Below are positions 1 through 12,594 of a DNA stretch of 64,000 nt, piece by piece. Position numbers and translations under genes: made by a program. The DNA comes from Octopus vulgaris (lineage: Eukaryota): contig OX597814.1 in the NCBI GenBank assembly GCA_951406725.2, positions 176,080,001 through 176,144,000 on the forward strand, in the 5' to 3' direction. The number at the start of each line of letters is the position of its first letter. Within the stretch, counting starts at the first letter, position 1. The notes under the pieces are model-generated. The model saw only the letters and a list, made by a program, of their open reading frames with translations. It was not told the DNA's origin and made no database searches.

Positions 1-34
1 GATTTGATAGACGGAAACTGAAAGAAGCCCGCCG

Positions 35-87
<53 letters not shown>

Positions 88-320
88 GTGTGTGCGTGTG
101 TATGTATATGTTTATGTGTCTGTGTTTGTCCCCCCAACATCGCTTGACAACCGATGCTGGTGTGTTTACGTCCCCGGCACTTTGCTGTTCGGCAAGAGAT
201 TCCGATTGAATAAGTACTAGGCTTACAAAGAATAAGTCCTGGGGTCGATTTGCTCGACTAAATGCGGTGTTCCAGCAAGGCCGCAGTCAAATGACTGAAT
301 CAAATAAAAGAATAAAAGAA
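1..320 (+). mobile_element. SINE family A, 3' part (cut by window edge)
   Basis: Matches the body and tail of the full copies at 10625-11030 and 32481-32893 (GACGGAAACTGAAAGAAGCCC...internal (TA)/(TG)n...GGGGTCGATTTGCTCGACTAAA...CAGTCAAATGACTGAA). Confidence 0.85.
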
Positions 321-771
321 TCTCAAAAGGAACGATTAAGTTGTCGCTAAGGTTCTGAAAGACAAGAAACCTTACAATATTTCTACCGACTCTTTACGTT
401 CTGAATTCAAATCTTGCATTATGTTTCAGCCTAAAATAAAGCGGTAGTGAACTACTGGATTTGGTGTACTCGACAAGATCTTTCTTCTCAAAACTATTAG
501 TCTTGTGTCTAAATAGGAAACATTATTAGACTGCTAGCTGGCAATATCGTTAGCACGGTGGGAAAACTACTTTGCAGCATTTCTTACGACTTTACGTTCT
601 GAGTTCAAATTTCGTCGAGGTTGACTTTACCTTTCATTTTTTTCGTAGTCGACGGAATAAGTACCAGTTGAGCACTGGGGTGGGAGGCTGCGATCAATGT
701 AATAGATTTTTCTCTTCCATCAAAATGTCAGGCTTCGTGTCTATAGCAGAATGAACAACTTCTTCTTCTTC

Positions 772-806
<35 letters not shown>

Positions 807-821
807 GTTATTATTATTATT

Positions 822-858
<37 letters not shown>

Positions 859-870
859 TTGTTGTTGTTG

Positions 871-913
<43 letters not shown>

Positions 914-917
914 GATT

Positions 918-1092
918 GAGAGAGTAGTGCATACCATCAAAGTGACCCTGGGGTAACATATACGAAGCCCAGTATACCCATCATGATTTCCTTTCTGATA
1001 AGGGTACACCAGGTACATGCATCACAAACATATGTGCGCGACCCCACTAAGGGTCATGCTCAACTGGTTAAGGTCAAACAACTGACAAGCAT
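918..1092. mobile_element. Internally deleted copy of the (TAA)n-associated non-autonomous element
   Basis: Homologous to the left end and an internal segment of the copies at 23784-25565; flanked by (TAT)n. Confidence 0.7.
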
Positions 1093-1110
1093 TTATTATT
1101 ATTTTTTTTA

Positions 1111-1478
1111 TGTTTGACTTTTGCTTTACATTTGTACAAGTTGACTCCAAGTCTCACCCAGAGACCTCAAGAGACAAGCTGAAAGTTCATGTTGGTGTTA
1201 TGCCTAGGGTGCCATATATTTGGTTTTGTACATAGTGTTGTTCTAGAGAATGTTTAAGAAATCATAAGAAAATTATGTTTCTTTTAAAACTTGAGATTAC
1301 ATAGAAAGTATTTTGCGTAGGATATGAGCTGTTCCAAGGAGCACTATCTTTTGAATATCTGCCATTTTGGGGTTTCCTGGTTATCTGAGCTAGGTAGCAA
1401 TCAGCCCCTTACGCTATCATTCTCAGGGCACCTATGACAACAGGTATTGTTTTAGTCTTCAGGTTCCACATTTTGCTA
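1111..1478 (-). mobile_element. 5'-truncated R4/Dong-like non-LTR retrotransposon 3' end (end of RLE domain plus 3' UTR) inserted in (TAA)n
   Basis: Minus strand reads MWNLKTKTIPVVIGAL...(frameshift)...MADIQKIVLLGTAHILRKILSM* (stop at 1297-1299), a typical C-terminus of R4/Dong-type RLE LINEs; (TAT)n on both sides. Confidence 0.8.
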
Positions 1479-1488
1479 TTATTATTAA

Positions 1489-1555
<67 letters not shown>

Positions 1556-2112
1556 AAAAGGTGGACTTTTATGATGACGGCGGCAGCGGTGGCTATGACG
1601 ACGATGCTACTGCTGCTGCTGATGATGATGATGATAATGATGATTTAACCGATGACAGTTGTGTTGCCTCGATACGATTTCCAAATATTATTCCATTTTT
1701 GCTTTATTATGTTTGTTCTGTGGCGAGTTTCGTGTTTATGGTTTTAGTTGTGTTATCTTATTTTCTTTTTACTTCTCTCGCATTTTGTGTGCGATTTATT
1801 CTGCGTGAAGCACTGTGTATGTATTTATGTGTGTGTGTATTTATGTGTGTGTGTGTGTGTGTGTATGTATGTGTGTGTGTGTATGTAACAGTGAGTTTGT
1901 GTATGAGTGCATGCATGTGTTTATCGCATGGCCGACATACATACATTCATGTGTGCGTGTGTATACATGTGTGTTTGTGTGTTTGTCCACGTAAGTCTGT
2001 ATGTGTATGTGAATGTGTATGTATTTGCATGTAAGTGTATATGCGTGTGTTTATGTGTTTGTGTGAATGAATATTACGTGCACAAGTGTCTGTAGAGATG
2101 TGTACGTGTGTA

Positions 2113-2155
2113 CAAGAGAGAGAAAGAGAGGGGAGAGAGAAAGAAAGAGAGAGAA

Positions 2156-2193
<38 letters not shown>

Positions 2194-2198
2194 TGAGA

Positions 2199-2230
<32 letters not shown>

Positions 2231-2350
2231 AAGTGAGAGAGAGAAAGTGAGAGAGAGAGAGAGAGAGAGAGATAGTGAGAGAGAGAGAGAGAAAGAGAAA
2301 AGAAAGAGAGAGAGAAAGTGAGAGAGAGAGAGATAAAGAGAGACAGAGAC

Positions 2351-2382
<32 letters not shown>

Positions 2383-2384
2383 GC

Positions 2385-2417
<33 letters not shown>

Positions 2418-2475
2418 AAGAGAGAGAGTGTGTGTGTGTGTGCACGTGTGCACGTGTGTGCGTGTGTGTGTGTGC
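2113..2475. repeat. (GA)n/(GT)n compound microsatellite
   Basis: Seen directly. Confidence 0.95.
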
Positions 2476-2624
2476 GGTTTCTACTTTCCATATTGGTATT
2501 ATCTGAAATCGATACAAAAATCTTATTACACAAAACCCTCTCTGTACATATTTCTTTCAACATCTCCGGTTCACACATTTATTCATTCTTTCATATATTT
2601 ATTTATTTTATCTATTTATTTATA

Positions 2625-2673
2625 CAATAACAATAATAATAATCATAAATTATATCATCATCATCACCATCTC

Positions 2674-2751
<78 letters not shown>

Positions 2752-2763
2752 CATCATTATTGA

Positions 2764-2829
<66 letters not shown>

Positions 2830-2927
2830 CATCATCATTATTATTATCATCATCATCATCATTATTATTTTTATTATTATTATTATTTTTATTATTATTT
2901 TATTTTTATTATTATTATTATTATTAC

Positions 2928-2987
<60 letters not shown>

Positions 2988-2992
2988 CATCA

Positions 2993-3035
<43 letters not shown>

Positions 3036-3048
3036 GATTATTATTATT
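2625..3048. repeat. (TAT)n/(CAT)n microsatellite
   Basis: Seen directly. Confidence 0.95.
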
Positions 3049-3378
3049 CAACATTGTCTCTGTGTTTATGTCGAAGATTGCTTCAATTTGCCGCAGAGGC
3101 ATCATGGAATACAAGTGGGTACAAAGCCGTTCGATAGATTTCTACAGAAATTAGCATTAAAAAAAGGTTGGGTAACACACAAACAGTCGGACTGACACAC
3201 AGACTGATAGACATGCTTATTTGGCAGCCAGGTACATGCGCACGCACATACAAACACACATATACATACACATACACACTCCCTCACTCACACACGAAGA
3301 TATAGATTCATTAACTCTTTTACTTGCATTCAGTACTATATTTTCTCCTCTGTAAATTTCGAAACGCATATAAAACAA

Positions 3379-3379
<1 letters not shown>

Positions 3380-3444
<65 letters not shown>

Positions 3445-3497
3445 GGATCGATGGATCGATGGATCGATGGATGGATCGATGGATATATAGATGGATG

Positions 3498-3580
<83 letters not shown>

Positions 3581-3920
3581 TCTGTGTTAACCACACAGGG
3601 CTGCACACAGACGGGACAGATCACAAAGTAGGGCTTTTCTTTCGGGGGGGGGGAGGGAGAAATAAAAAGTGGGGTAGGTTTTCGATCAAAAGCTATCTAA
3701 GAAGGGAAAGAAGAAAAAAAGGGGAAAAGAAAAAAAAACGATCAATAGGGATCGTGTATCACAGTGTCATGATGTAAAGTATAAAGGGGGAAGTAGATAA
3801 GGTTTATCCGTGGAAAGAAAAGCCTACGGAAAAGACCACGGTAACCTCGGTCAATAATGTTACATGTTACCACATTTGTTTGCAAGTAGGTAACCCTCTG
3901 TTTTAAATTTCCCGGAAGAT

Positions 3921-4010
<90 letters not shown>
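3380..4010 (-). mobile_element. ~340 bp insert (3581-3916; probable LINE 3' UTR) splitting a (GATA)n microsatellite
   Basis: Unique-looking segment with (GATA)n on both sides; its minus-strand 3' end resembles the tail of SINE family B. Confidence 0.55.
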
Positions 4011-4011
<1 letters not shown>

Positions 4012-4878
4012 GAAATGGATTTAGATATAGATACATACATATATATATTTAAATTGGTAGATACATAGATATTGGTTTTGTTTTGTTAAGTGTCATGCAA
4101 TAATTTCTAGGCACTTGCGTTTCTTTTATATTTTCAAACCAAAATTCGTGTGTGTGTGTGTGTGTATGCGTGTGTGTGTGTATGTATGCGCGCGCGTGTG
4201 TGTGTGCGCACACACGCACACATACACATACACACACATACACATACACACACATACACACACACACACATATATATATACACATATATATATATTGGCT
4301 TTCGGTTGCAAATTGCGAATGAGTCACATTTACTATATATATATCTAAAAGTATGTATGTATGTATGTATGTATGTATACATTCACACACATTGGTGCAC
4401 ATGCACGCGCTTGTGTCTTTAAAGGTAGGTCGTCGGTTTCTCGCCATTCTTAAATTCGAACTGTTGCCTTAGCCGATAGTCGCGTTACCTAATTAAACTA
4501 ATATTGACATTTTACGCCTACAGACAGACATAAATTGACTTATCTAATCAAACCGGCTGAAACATTAACAAGTAAACTTCTCTTTCTTAATGAGTCTTGC
4601 TGGCGTCCTTATTGCTTTATTTGTAGCAGACATTTGGCCGTCAATTCCAGCTATCCCGGGTTACTTAGTCACATCTCTTAGCAAATTTGTTAGGACAATT
4701 ATAATATTCAACCAATTACGCGCGCGGGCACGCATACACACACATGCACACAGAGACACACACACATAGAGTGAGAGAAGAGGAGGGGAGAGACAGAGAG
4801 TGAAGTACTTATATGTGCGTATATGTATGTGTATATATGTGTGTATACATACAAACTATACATTTATATATATAATAT

Positions 4879-4913
<35 letters not shown>

Positions 4914-4914
4914 C

Positions 4915-5098
4915 GCCGAGGTCGACTTTGCCTTTCATCCTTTCGGAGTGGGGTCGATGTAATCGACTTAATCCGTTTGTCTGTCCTTGCTTGTCCCCTC
5001 TGTGTTTAGCCCCTTATGGGTAGTAAAGAAATAGGTATTTCGTCTGTCTTTGCATTTTGAGTTCAAATTTCGCCGAGATCGACTTTGCCTTTTATCCT
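4915..5098 (+). mobile_element. SINE family B fragments
   Basis: CGCCGAGGTCGACTTTGCCTTTCATCCTTTCGG core plus tail. Confidence 0.8.
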
Positions 5099-5894
5099 TA
5101 TATATATATACATATACATATACATATATGTACATATATACTATATATACACATATATATATGCACATACAGGTATACACAACTCTATATTCACACACAC
5201 ACATAAATATCTAAATGTATATATGTATGTATGCATGTATGTATGTGTGTATATATAGATGCATGTGTGTCTCCATATATGCATATATGTAAAAGATGAA
5301 AGGGGATGTGAACCACGGTGCTGTTTAAACATCCATACAAAATTGACTTTGTATTTCAGATACCCACAGTGTATATATATATATATATATGACGGTTCCC
5401 ATTTAATTGTCTATGATCTAGAAGGTTGCTCCAGTATGGCTACAACGCCAAATCTAAGACCATTAAAATAATTGTTTTTAACAGAAGTACAAGGACACAA
5501 GTTCTAACAGGGTGGGTGTGTTTAGCGATTAAATCGACCCGAGTTCTTGACTGTTAGCTTTAATGTATTGACTCTGAAAAGATGAAAGGCAAAGCTGATC
5601 TCAGTGGATTTTGAACGCAGAACGTAAGAGCCAGGTCAAATGTGGTGAGGCATTTTATGCAACATTCCACAAGTTTTGTGACGTGGCAGCCTGACAGCAG
5701 TAAATAATAAAAATTCTCTATGTATGTATGTATGCATGTATGCTACTTAATTTTATTTCAAGATTCATGTCAATAGAAAAAGAGCCAGTTTCTAACCTAG
5801 ATGCAAAGCTCCTCCATTGGAATTTCAACATCAACAGGATATTTTTGTATGTATGGATGTATGCATATGTGCAGATTTTAATGTGTTTTTTTTT

Positions 5895-6122
5895 TATTTC
5901 TTTATTGCCCACAAAGGGCCAAATATAGTGAGGACAAACAAGGACAGACAAAGGGGTTAAGTCGATTATATCGAACCCAGTGCGAAACTGGTACTTAATT
6001 TATCGACCCCGAAAGGATGAAAGGCAAAGTCGACCTCGACGGAATTTGAACTCAGAACGTAAAGACAGACGAAATACTGCTAAGCATTTCGCCCGACGTA
6101 CTAACGTTTCTGCCAGCTCGCC
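5895..6122 (-). mobile_element. SINE family B, near full length
   Basis: Reverse complement of GGCGAGCTGGCAGAAACGTTAG...GAGTTCAAATTCCG...GTCGACTTTGCCTTTCATCCTTTCGGGGTCGATAAATTAAGTACCAG. Confidence 0.85.
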
Positions 6123-6159
6123 TAGATTTTAATGTTTTGTTTTATGTATGTATTCTCAT

Positions 6160-6357
6160 GCGAAATGCTTAGTAGTATTTCGTCTGCCGCTACGTTCTGA
6201 GTTCAAATTCCGCCGAAGTCGACTTTACCTTTCATCTTTTCGGGGTCGATAAATTAAGTACCAGTTACACACTGGGGTCGATATAATCGATTTAATCCGT
6301 TTGTCTGTCCGTGTTTGCCCCCTCTATGTTTAGCCCCTTGTGAGCAATAAAGAAATA
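6160..6357 (+). mobile_element. SINE family B (5' truncated)
   Basis: Same core and tail; inverted relative to the neighbouring copy. Confidence 0.85.
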
Positions 6358-6759
6358 ATTAAAAAAATATTTAAATCTGCACATCTAGACATACTCATAT
6401 ATACTTAAATGATAAACTTCTGGAAAGTTATAGATTTTTACAGTTCCAATGATCGATTGGCTCTGTAGTCTTGGAATCAGCTTTCTCGTATTGAGAAACC
6501 TAATTACTCAAGATTGGTATTTAGGTAATGTCTTACATATCCCAGCGCCCCAATAATCACAGGTATGAACCTGAACTTGTAATCTGGATAGAGTAACTGC
6601 AAATTTCTCAATAGTTCAGCGTAGGTATTTTCTTTTTCGCTGATCTTTAGTTTTATGTTAACGTCTGCTGGGACGCTGATTTTCACAACGATGCGCAGTT
6701 TCTGTTCTTTATCCCAAATTACGTATTTATGTATGTGTGTATGTCTCTTAAGTATTTAA

Positions 6760-7292
6760 TCATTTAAATTCTTCCTCTGAAGAAGCTGGTTTCTAACCAA
6801 GATACAAAGCTCCATTTTTGGAATGTAAATAACAAAAACAATATTACATTTTAAACCTGAAAAATGTCTTGCACATTTTTACTGTTCCGCTTACAGATTG
6901 TATTTGTAATGTGCGAATCGGTTAATTTCTTTTCCTGAAAATCCAAGCTTATCTAGATTGATAGTTAGGCATTTCCTTATAAAACCAACTCCTCCTATGA
7001 TTATTGGTATAAATGCAAATTTGTAACCCTATATAGAAGCTGGAGGTTTCGAAGCAGTTGTCTATAGTTATCTTATTTCTCTCTGATTTTCAAAGAGATA
7101 TTCACATCAGCAGGACAGCTGACCTCTATGATGGTACATACTTTTTGTTGTCGTCTCAAACAACAATATCCGGCATGTTATGCTTACACTTCACAGATGT
7201 TTTGATGGGAACGTTCCACCAATATTATTTGTGTTGGTATTTGTGCACTTATTCAATAATAAGAACTTTCTCTCTATTTATTCCAGGACAGC
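6760..7292 (-). mobile_element. R4-like RLE LINE 3' fragment, copy 2 (decayed)
   Basis: Minus strand YWWNVPIKTSVKCKHNMPDIVV...IIEVSCPAD...QIQSVSGTVKMCKTF with stops and frameshifts; bounded by (TATG)n. Confidence 0.75.
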
Positions 7293-7337
7293 CTATGTAT
7301 GTATGTATGTATGTATGTATGTATGTATGTATGTATG

Positions 7338-7990
7338 TCATTATTCAGTTTATTTCAAGATTTCTTGCCAATAGAGAAAGAACCGGTTTCTAACCTAGAT
7401 CCAAGTCTCCTTCATTGGAATTTAAACATCAACAACAGGGTATGTATGTATGTATGTATGTATGTATGTATGTATGTATGTATGTATGTATGTATGTATG
7501 TATGTATGTATGTATGTATGTATGTATGTATGTATGTATGTATGTATGTATGTATGTATGTATGTATGTATTTGCAGATTTGTTTTATTATGTTTTATTA
7601 TGTTTAATCATGTATATTGTTGCATATCTAGACATGCTCAAACATATTTAAATGATAAACTTCTTGAAAGTTTTACAGATTTTTACAGTTCCAGTGATGG
7701 ATTAGATCTGTAGTCATCGAATTAGCATTCTCGTTTCTGGGCCTGAGAAGCCTTAATTTCTCAAGATTGGTATTTAGGCAGTGTGTTACATATTCCAGGG
7801 TCCCAAAAACTACAGGTATAAACCTGAACCTGTAATCTGGATAGAGTAACTGCAGATTTCTCAATAGTTTAGTATAGGTGTTCTCTTTTTCACTGATCTT
7901 CAGCTTTATGTTAACATCCGCTGGGCAGCTAATTTCCACAACAGTTTCTCTTCTCTGTCCCAAATCATTATATCATGTCTGTTGTGCTTA
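7338..7990 (-). mobile_element. R4-like RLE LINE 3' fragment, copy 3
   Basis: ORF 7673-7963 VVEISCPADVNIKLKISEKENTYTKLLRNLQLLYPDYRFRFIPVVFGTLEY; internal (TATG)n at 7440-7570 in the 3' UTR. Confidence 0.8.
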
Positions 7991-8076
7991 CATGTTGTTG
8001 AAGTCTTCACTGGTACACTCCACTAGTATTCATTTTATTATGAGATCGATAGATAGATACATACATACATACATAC

Positions 8077-8107
<31 letters not shown>

Positions 8108-8152
8108 TGTATGTATGTATGTATGTATGTATGTATGTATGAATGTATGTAT

Positions 8153-8340
8153 GGGGAAAATTCACTAAAAAAACAAAAGACAATGACAGGTGGTGTAGAA
8201 ACCGAACAGATGTATTAGTATAACGCTCGGGAATTGAAAAAGTCTTTTACTTTTCGAGCCTACGCTCTTCCACAGAAAGGAACACAGAAAGAAACAAGGA
8301 GAGAAAAAATGTGTGTAGTGGCTACCGATCTATCATGGCA
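8153..8340 (-). mobile_element. PLE-type terminal-repeat fragment with variant hammerhead-like motif (CUGUNGA family)
   Basis: Homologous to 18633-18820, 19220-19410 and 60770-60890. Confidence 0.55.
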
Positions 8341-8375
8341 ACTCATGTATGTATGTATGTATGTATGTATGTATG

Positions 8376-8409
<34 letters not shown>

Positions 8410-9038
8410 TATAAGCGGCAACAACTTGTATTAGTTGGATCAATATAGTATAGGTCAATTCCATCATGGCTGACTATTGGGCTAAGAGGAAAATTTCGCC
8501 AATATCACCCAACACCATCACCGCCAATACCATCATACCAACATTATTATCACCGCCTTCATTATCATCGTTGTTATCGTCATCATCGTCGTGGCCATCA
8601 TCATCATCATCATTAATCAGCTTTGATATCAATACTAAAACTACCTCTCTCACCCACTGTCACCACTACAACTACTATCATTACTATAAATATTACCTCT
8701 AACATTACCAACAACAACCCTGTAGTACTCCGTGTAAATACTATTTTCTCTTGTTAATCTGTCGCTGATTGCTTTACGAAACAAGTTTGGGCCATTCTGA
8801 AGTATACGACAAAGCACTTACAGTCAGACTGCACAACAGAGTATCCAGCTAGGGGAGATATGACCTTTTTTAGAATTGTAAATTGTACCTTGCCACCCGG
8901 TAGACAGATCGACATAGTATAGGTCTATTCCATCATGGCTGACTTTGGGTAACACAACAATAACAACAGCAATCTCTATAAATGAATATCTCAGTCAATA
9001 CGTGTCTTTGTCATTGTCATATGCCCATTATCTGCTTT

Positions 9039-9345
9039 GTGGAGGCACATGGCCTAGTGGTTAGAGCAGCGGACTCGCGGTCGAGGGATCGCGGGTTCGA
9101 ATATCAGACTGGGAAATGTGTGTGTTTATGAGCGAAACACTTAAGCTCCACGCGGCTCCGACAGAAGGTAATGACGAATTTCTGCTGACTCCTTCGCCAC
9201 AACTTTCTCTCACTCTTTCCTCCTGCATCTTGCAGCTCACCTGCGACGGACCGGCATCCCGTCCAGGTGGGGAACCTATACGCCAAAGAAACCGGGAAAC
9301 CGGCCCTTATGAACAGGCATGGCTCGAGAAGGAACAAACAAACAA
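9039..9345 (+). mobile_element. SINE family C, tRNA-derived head, full length
   Basis: A box TGGCCTAGTGG and B box GGTTCGAAT; tail CTGCGACGGACCGGCATCCCGTCCAGG...(AAAC)n. Confidence 0.8.
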
Positions 9346-10624
9346 AAATTACCTGCTTTCCTCTACGTTTGCAGTGTGATTTCCAGCTCCGATTGTACTC
9401 TATTATACAGAAATTGGTCTCTCCATCGTCATAGCTAAGCCTTTCTTCTCTTTCCTTCAATGTCAATTAGATAAGAAAAAGTTGTTATTGTTGTTGTCTT
9501 GTTCTAAAGCGGGCTCTGATCGAGAAGACCTATGATCATGTCGTCTTTATAATCCAACGTGTTCTTCCTTTCTTAAGACCGTAGGCGTGATTTGAGAGAG
9601 GTTTGGTTGCTGTTTCTAGGAAGTTGAGCAAAGAAGTAAAGGCTATCTTAGAAGTAACTATACACTAACGTTTATGTAATCGACAGTACACATCCTTTCC
9701 AAAAATGGACCATTTCTGGCTCAAAGAAAATTTCTTAATTAGCTCAACCGTTCCCCATTTCTTTTTCTTGTACACCACTACAGTAAAGAGTTTATATTCT
9801 CTCTGTGCCAGAACAAATTGTTTTTCTAAGTCACATATTTAAATAAAACAGACACTAATTTCCGTTATTAGACTAATTCTTCTAGAAATACACATAATAA
9901 AAATAAATACATAAATATGTACGTGAAACATCACACTGTAAGTGAACTAATTACGTCAGTAAATGAAAATATTTTTAGCCTTCATGTAAAGTGATTTTGC
10001 GGTTATGAACCTAAATTGTGCGCGATGATATGCCAGGAGCGAAACTAACGGTTCAAAGAATTGGTTCTCACCAGGGTTTGAACAACCAATGGCAATGTGT
10101 TTTGCTGAATGCTGTGTTTGATTATTATTACACAAATTATAGACTAACTGTTGAGAATAACAACACCAAAAGATCTGTAAATTTTTAGTGATCAATCCCT
10201 CTGTTGAGTAATTAGTAACTTGGTCAATTTTTTAAAGATTCACAGGGGATTCGAGTATCGTCAGCTTCTATAGAATCTGAAAATCTTTTGCTCCTGATTC
10301 GAATATAGTCTAAGACACCATATTTCAGGAAAACTTGTGCAGTAAATTGTGCTATATGTACATGTTTTTAAAACAGTCTTTTTCAGTGGTAATTTGGGGA
10401 ATATCACACTAATTTATCAACATATTGCATTCTCTCAACCTGACACAGGGCATTTGATTCTCGTCAAAACAAGAAGAATATATACTTCCACTATAATAAC
10501 CAGCATTTATATCAACTAACGAACCACTCGTTTGTTTTTAATCTCCTTTACTGTAATTTCTCATCCGCTTTATTTGTAAAAGGCTTGCATTTGCCCTCTT
10601 TCTTTCAGTAACTAAAGTACTCGT

Positions 10625-11030
10625 TTACTCGTTTACTTGTTTCAGTCATTTGACTGCGGCCATGCTGGAGCACCGCCTTTAGTCGAGCAAATCGACCCTG
10701 GGTCTTATTCTTTGTAAGCCCAGTACTTATTCTATCGGTCTCTTTTGCCGAACCGCTAAGTGACGGGGACGTAAACACACCAGCATTGGTTGTCAAGCAA
10801 TGCTAGGGGGACAAACACAGACACACAAACATATACACACACACCTAAATATATATATACATATATACGACAGGCTTCTTTCAGTTTCCGTCTACCAAAT
10901 CCACTCACAAGGCATTGGTCAGCCCGGGGCTATAGCAGAAGACACTTGCCCAAGATGCCACGCAGTGGGACTGAACCCGGAACCATGTGGTTGGTTAGCA
11001 AGCTACTTACCACACAGCCACTCCTGCGCC
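10625..11030 (-). mobile_element. SINE family A, full length
   Basis: Head GGCGCAGGAGTGGCTGTGTGGTAAG...GGGTTCAGTCCC (A/B boxes), CTTGGGCAAGT, internal microsatellite, (GAGTAAAC) tail. Confidence 0.9.
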
Positions 11031-11574
11031 TCATCGTCTTATTTTTTATATTTGTGGGAAAAGGCTACGAATTTATTGATATGGGAGTTTGTGTGTTTCG
11101 AAACCCATTGGAGGTGTAAATGTATCTTCATTTAGAATCATTAATCAAAAGATTTCACTTTATTTTAGGAAATTAATATCCAAGGTAATGCCAAAGAGAT
11201 TGTGATTAATGATTCTTAGTGTTCTCTCTCCGATTTTATGAGTACAGAAAAACAACTATACACTAATGGTAACACGATGAGATACTTTCCGAGTAGCTGC
11301 CAGAGTTTTCCTAAGGAACGTACAATATTCGCACATAAATAACTAAATAAATGATAGATTCAACAGCCATCTCTAATATATAAAGAAGCAAAAAGACAAA
11401 AGACATTCAGTAGGTTTCAGTTTTGTTTGTCTAATGTATTTCTTACGTATATGTCGAAACTTTTAAAGAAGGTGAATGCAACAAATGGATATATAAATCT
11501 TCACTAAACACTGTAAAGAGATTACATTATATGTAAACAAACATAAGTTTGTTTTTGAAGCATTGAAATGTATT

Positions 11575-11707
11575 GTAGAACAAGTAGAAAGATATATCTT
11601 TTCAATACGTAAATACTGAACAATATATATATATAAAGGATAAAATCCTTTATATATACTGTTCAGTATTTATTTGTTGAAATCATATATCTTTCTACTT
11701 GTTCTAC
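11575..11707. repeat. Fold-back inverted repeat (~60 bp arms)
   Basis: GTAGAACAAGTAGAAAGATATAT...AAATACTGAACA..TATATATAAAGGA / TCCTTTATATATACTGTTCAGTATTT...ATATATCTTTCTACTTGTTCTAC. Confidence 0.85.
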
Positions 11708-12594
11708 TGTAAAGAGAATTTACAGAAAAGTATTTATTCCTCTTAAGTTTTTCTTTTACTTGGTCTTTGCAACAACGTCTTTCATTTAAATTTTCTTTTA
11801 TGCACTTCGATGACTACTAATTTTTATTGATTGTCAACGTCATTTTACATTTAACGTGTACAGATTTTAAAGTCTCTGAACTAATATGATTCCCAAGCAT
11901 TCTTAATACAATTCTCATGTATTGCCAATAATTCAAATTTAATTTGACGTTCAGAAAACTCCAAAGTTTTCCCCTCAGAGTTGTGGGCAAAATTTTATTT
12001 AGCGATTTCATCTTATTTCATTTTTAATTACTTTATCCGTGTTTATAAGCATCATAGGATTCTAATCCAAGAATTCATATTATTAAATGTTAAAGACGCT
12101 TCTATCGTTTAGCTTCAAGAAATATTGTATTAAATTGTAAAAGATGCTCCTATCTTTCGGATTAAATGAAACTTTTTTAAAAGATAATTCAAGTTAAAAT
12201 ATAATCATGGTTATAATTTCCGTGGCATTTAATTTCGTTCATTCATGTCATGATTTCTTTTTATTGTTGTTAAGCCTCTTTCGCTGCTGGCAAATTATTA
12301 TTCAATCGTTACTCAATGGAACTAAGTAGTTTAATAAAATCATTCTTTCCTGCTTAGATTATTACATTAAAGAGATCAACCAAGCACTTGCTACCTTTGA
12401 TCCTCACTGAAGAACTTATTCAAACAGACATGAAATATAGTTTAAACACGTTCCAGTGTTGTTTGTATAGTTAGAATTGCCAAGTTGCATAGTCTTAAAA
12501 GCGAGAGTCTGGTCGCTAAATATATCTGGCAGCATAGATTTTTGAAAGGAAATTTCACGATGATAGAAAACTAACTACACAGAATGCGAAATAT

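Larger units (their letters stand above)
5745..6722 (-). mobile_element. R4-like RLE LINE 3' fragment, copy 1 (3' UTR interrupted by two SINE B copies), in (CATA)n context
   Basis: ORF 6504-6686 ISVPADVNIKLKISEKENTYAELLRNLQLLYPDYKFRFIPVIIGALGYV is an RLE domain; 3' UTR motif GTTTCTAACCTAGAT shared with copies 2 and 3. Confidence 0.75.

Noticed and set aside
1561-3624. Many long ORFs with homopolymeric or dipeptide runs
   Set aside because: Translations of (GT)n, (GA)n, (TAT)n and (GATA)n microsatellites; no coding signal
8446-8950. ~35 bp direct repeat (TAGTATAGGTC.ATTCCATCATGGCTGACT) about 470 bp apart
   Set aside because: Most likely a small local duplication or two fragments of an old repeat; no further structure
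9041-9115. tRNA-like sequences
   Set aside because: They are SINE heads: no proper acceptor stem, and they continue into the SINE body
9950-10600. Possible decayed transposase
   Set aside because: No diagnostic motif readable
10790-11135. Recurrent ORFs such as MSSNARGTNTDTQT... and ...PRSGTEPGTMWLVSKLL
   Set aside because: Translations of SINE family A found at every copy
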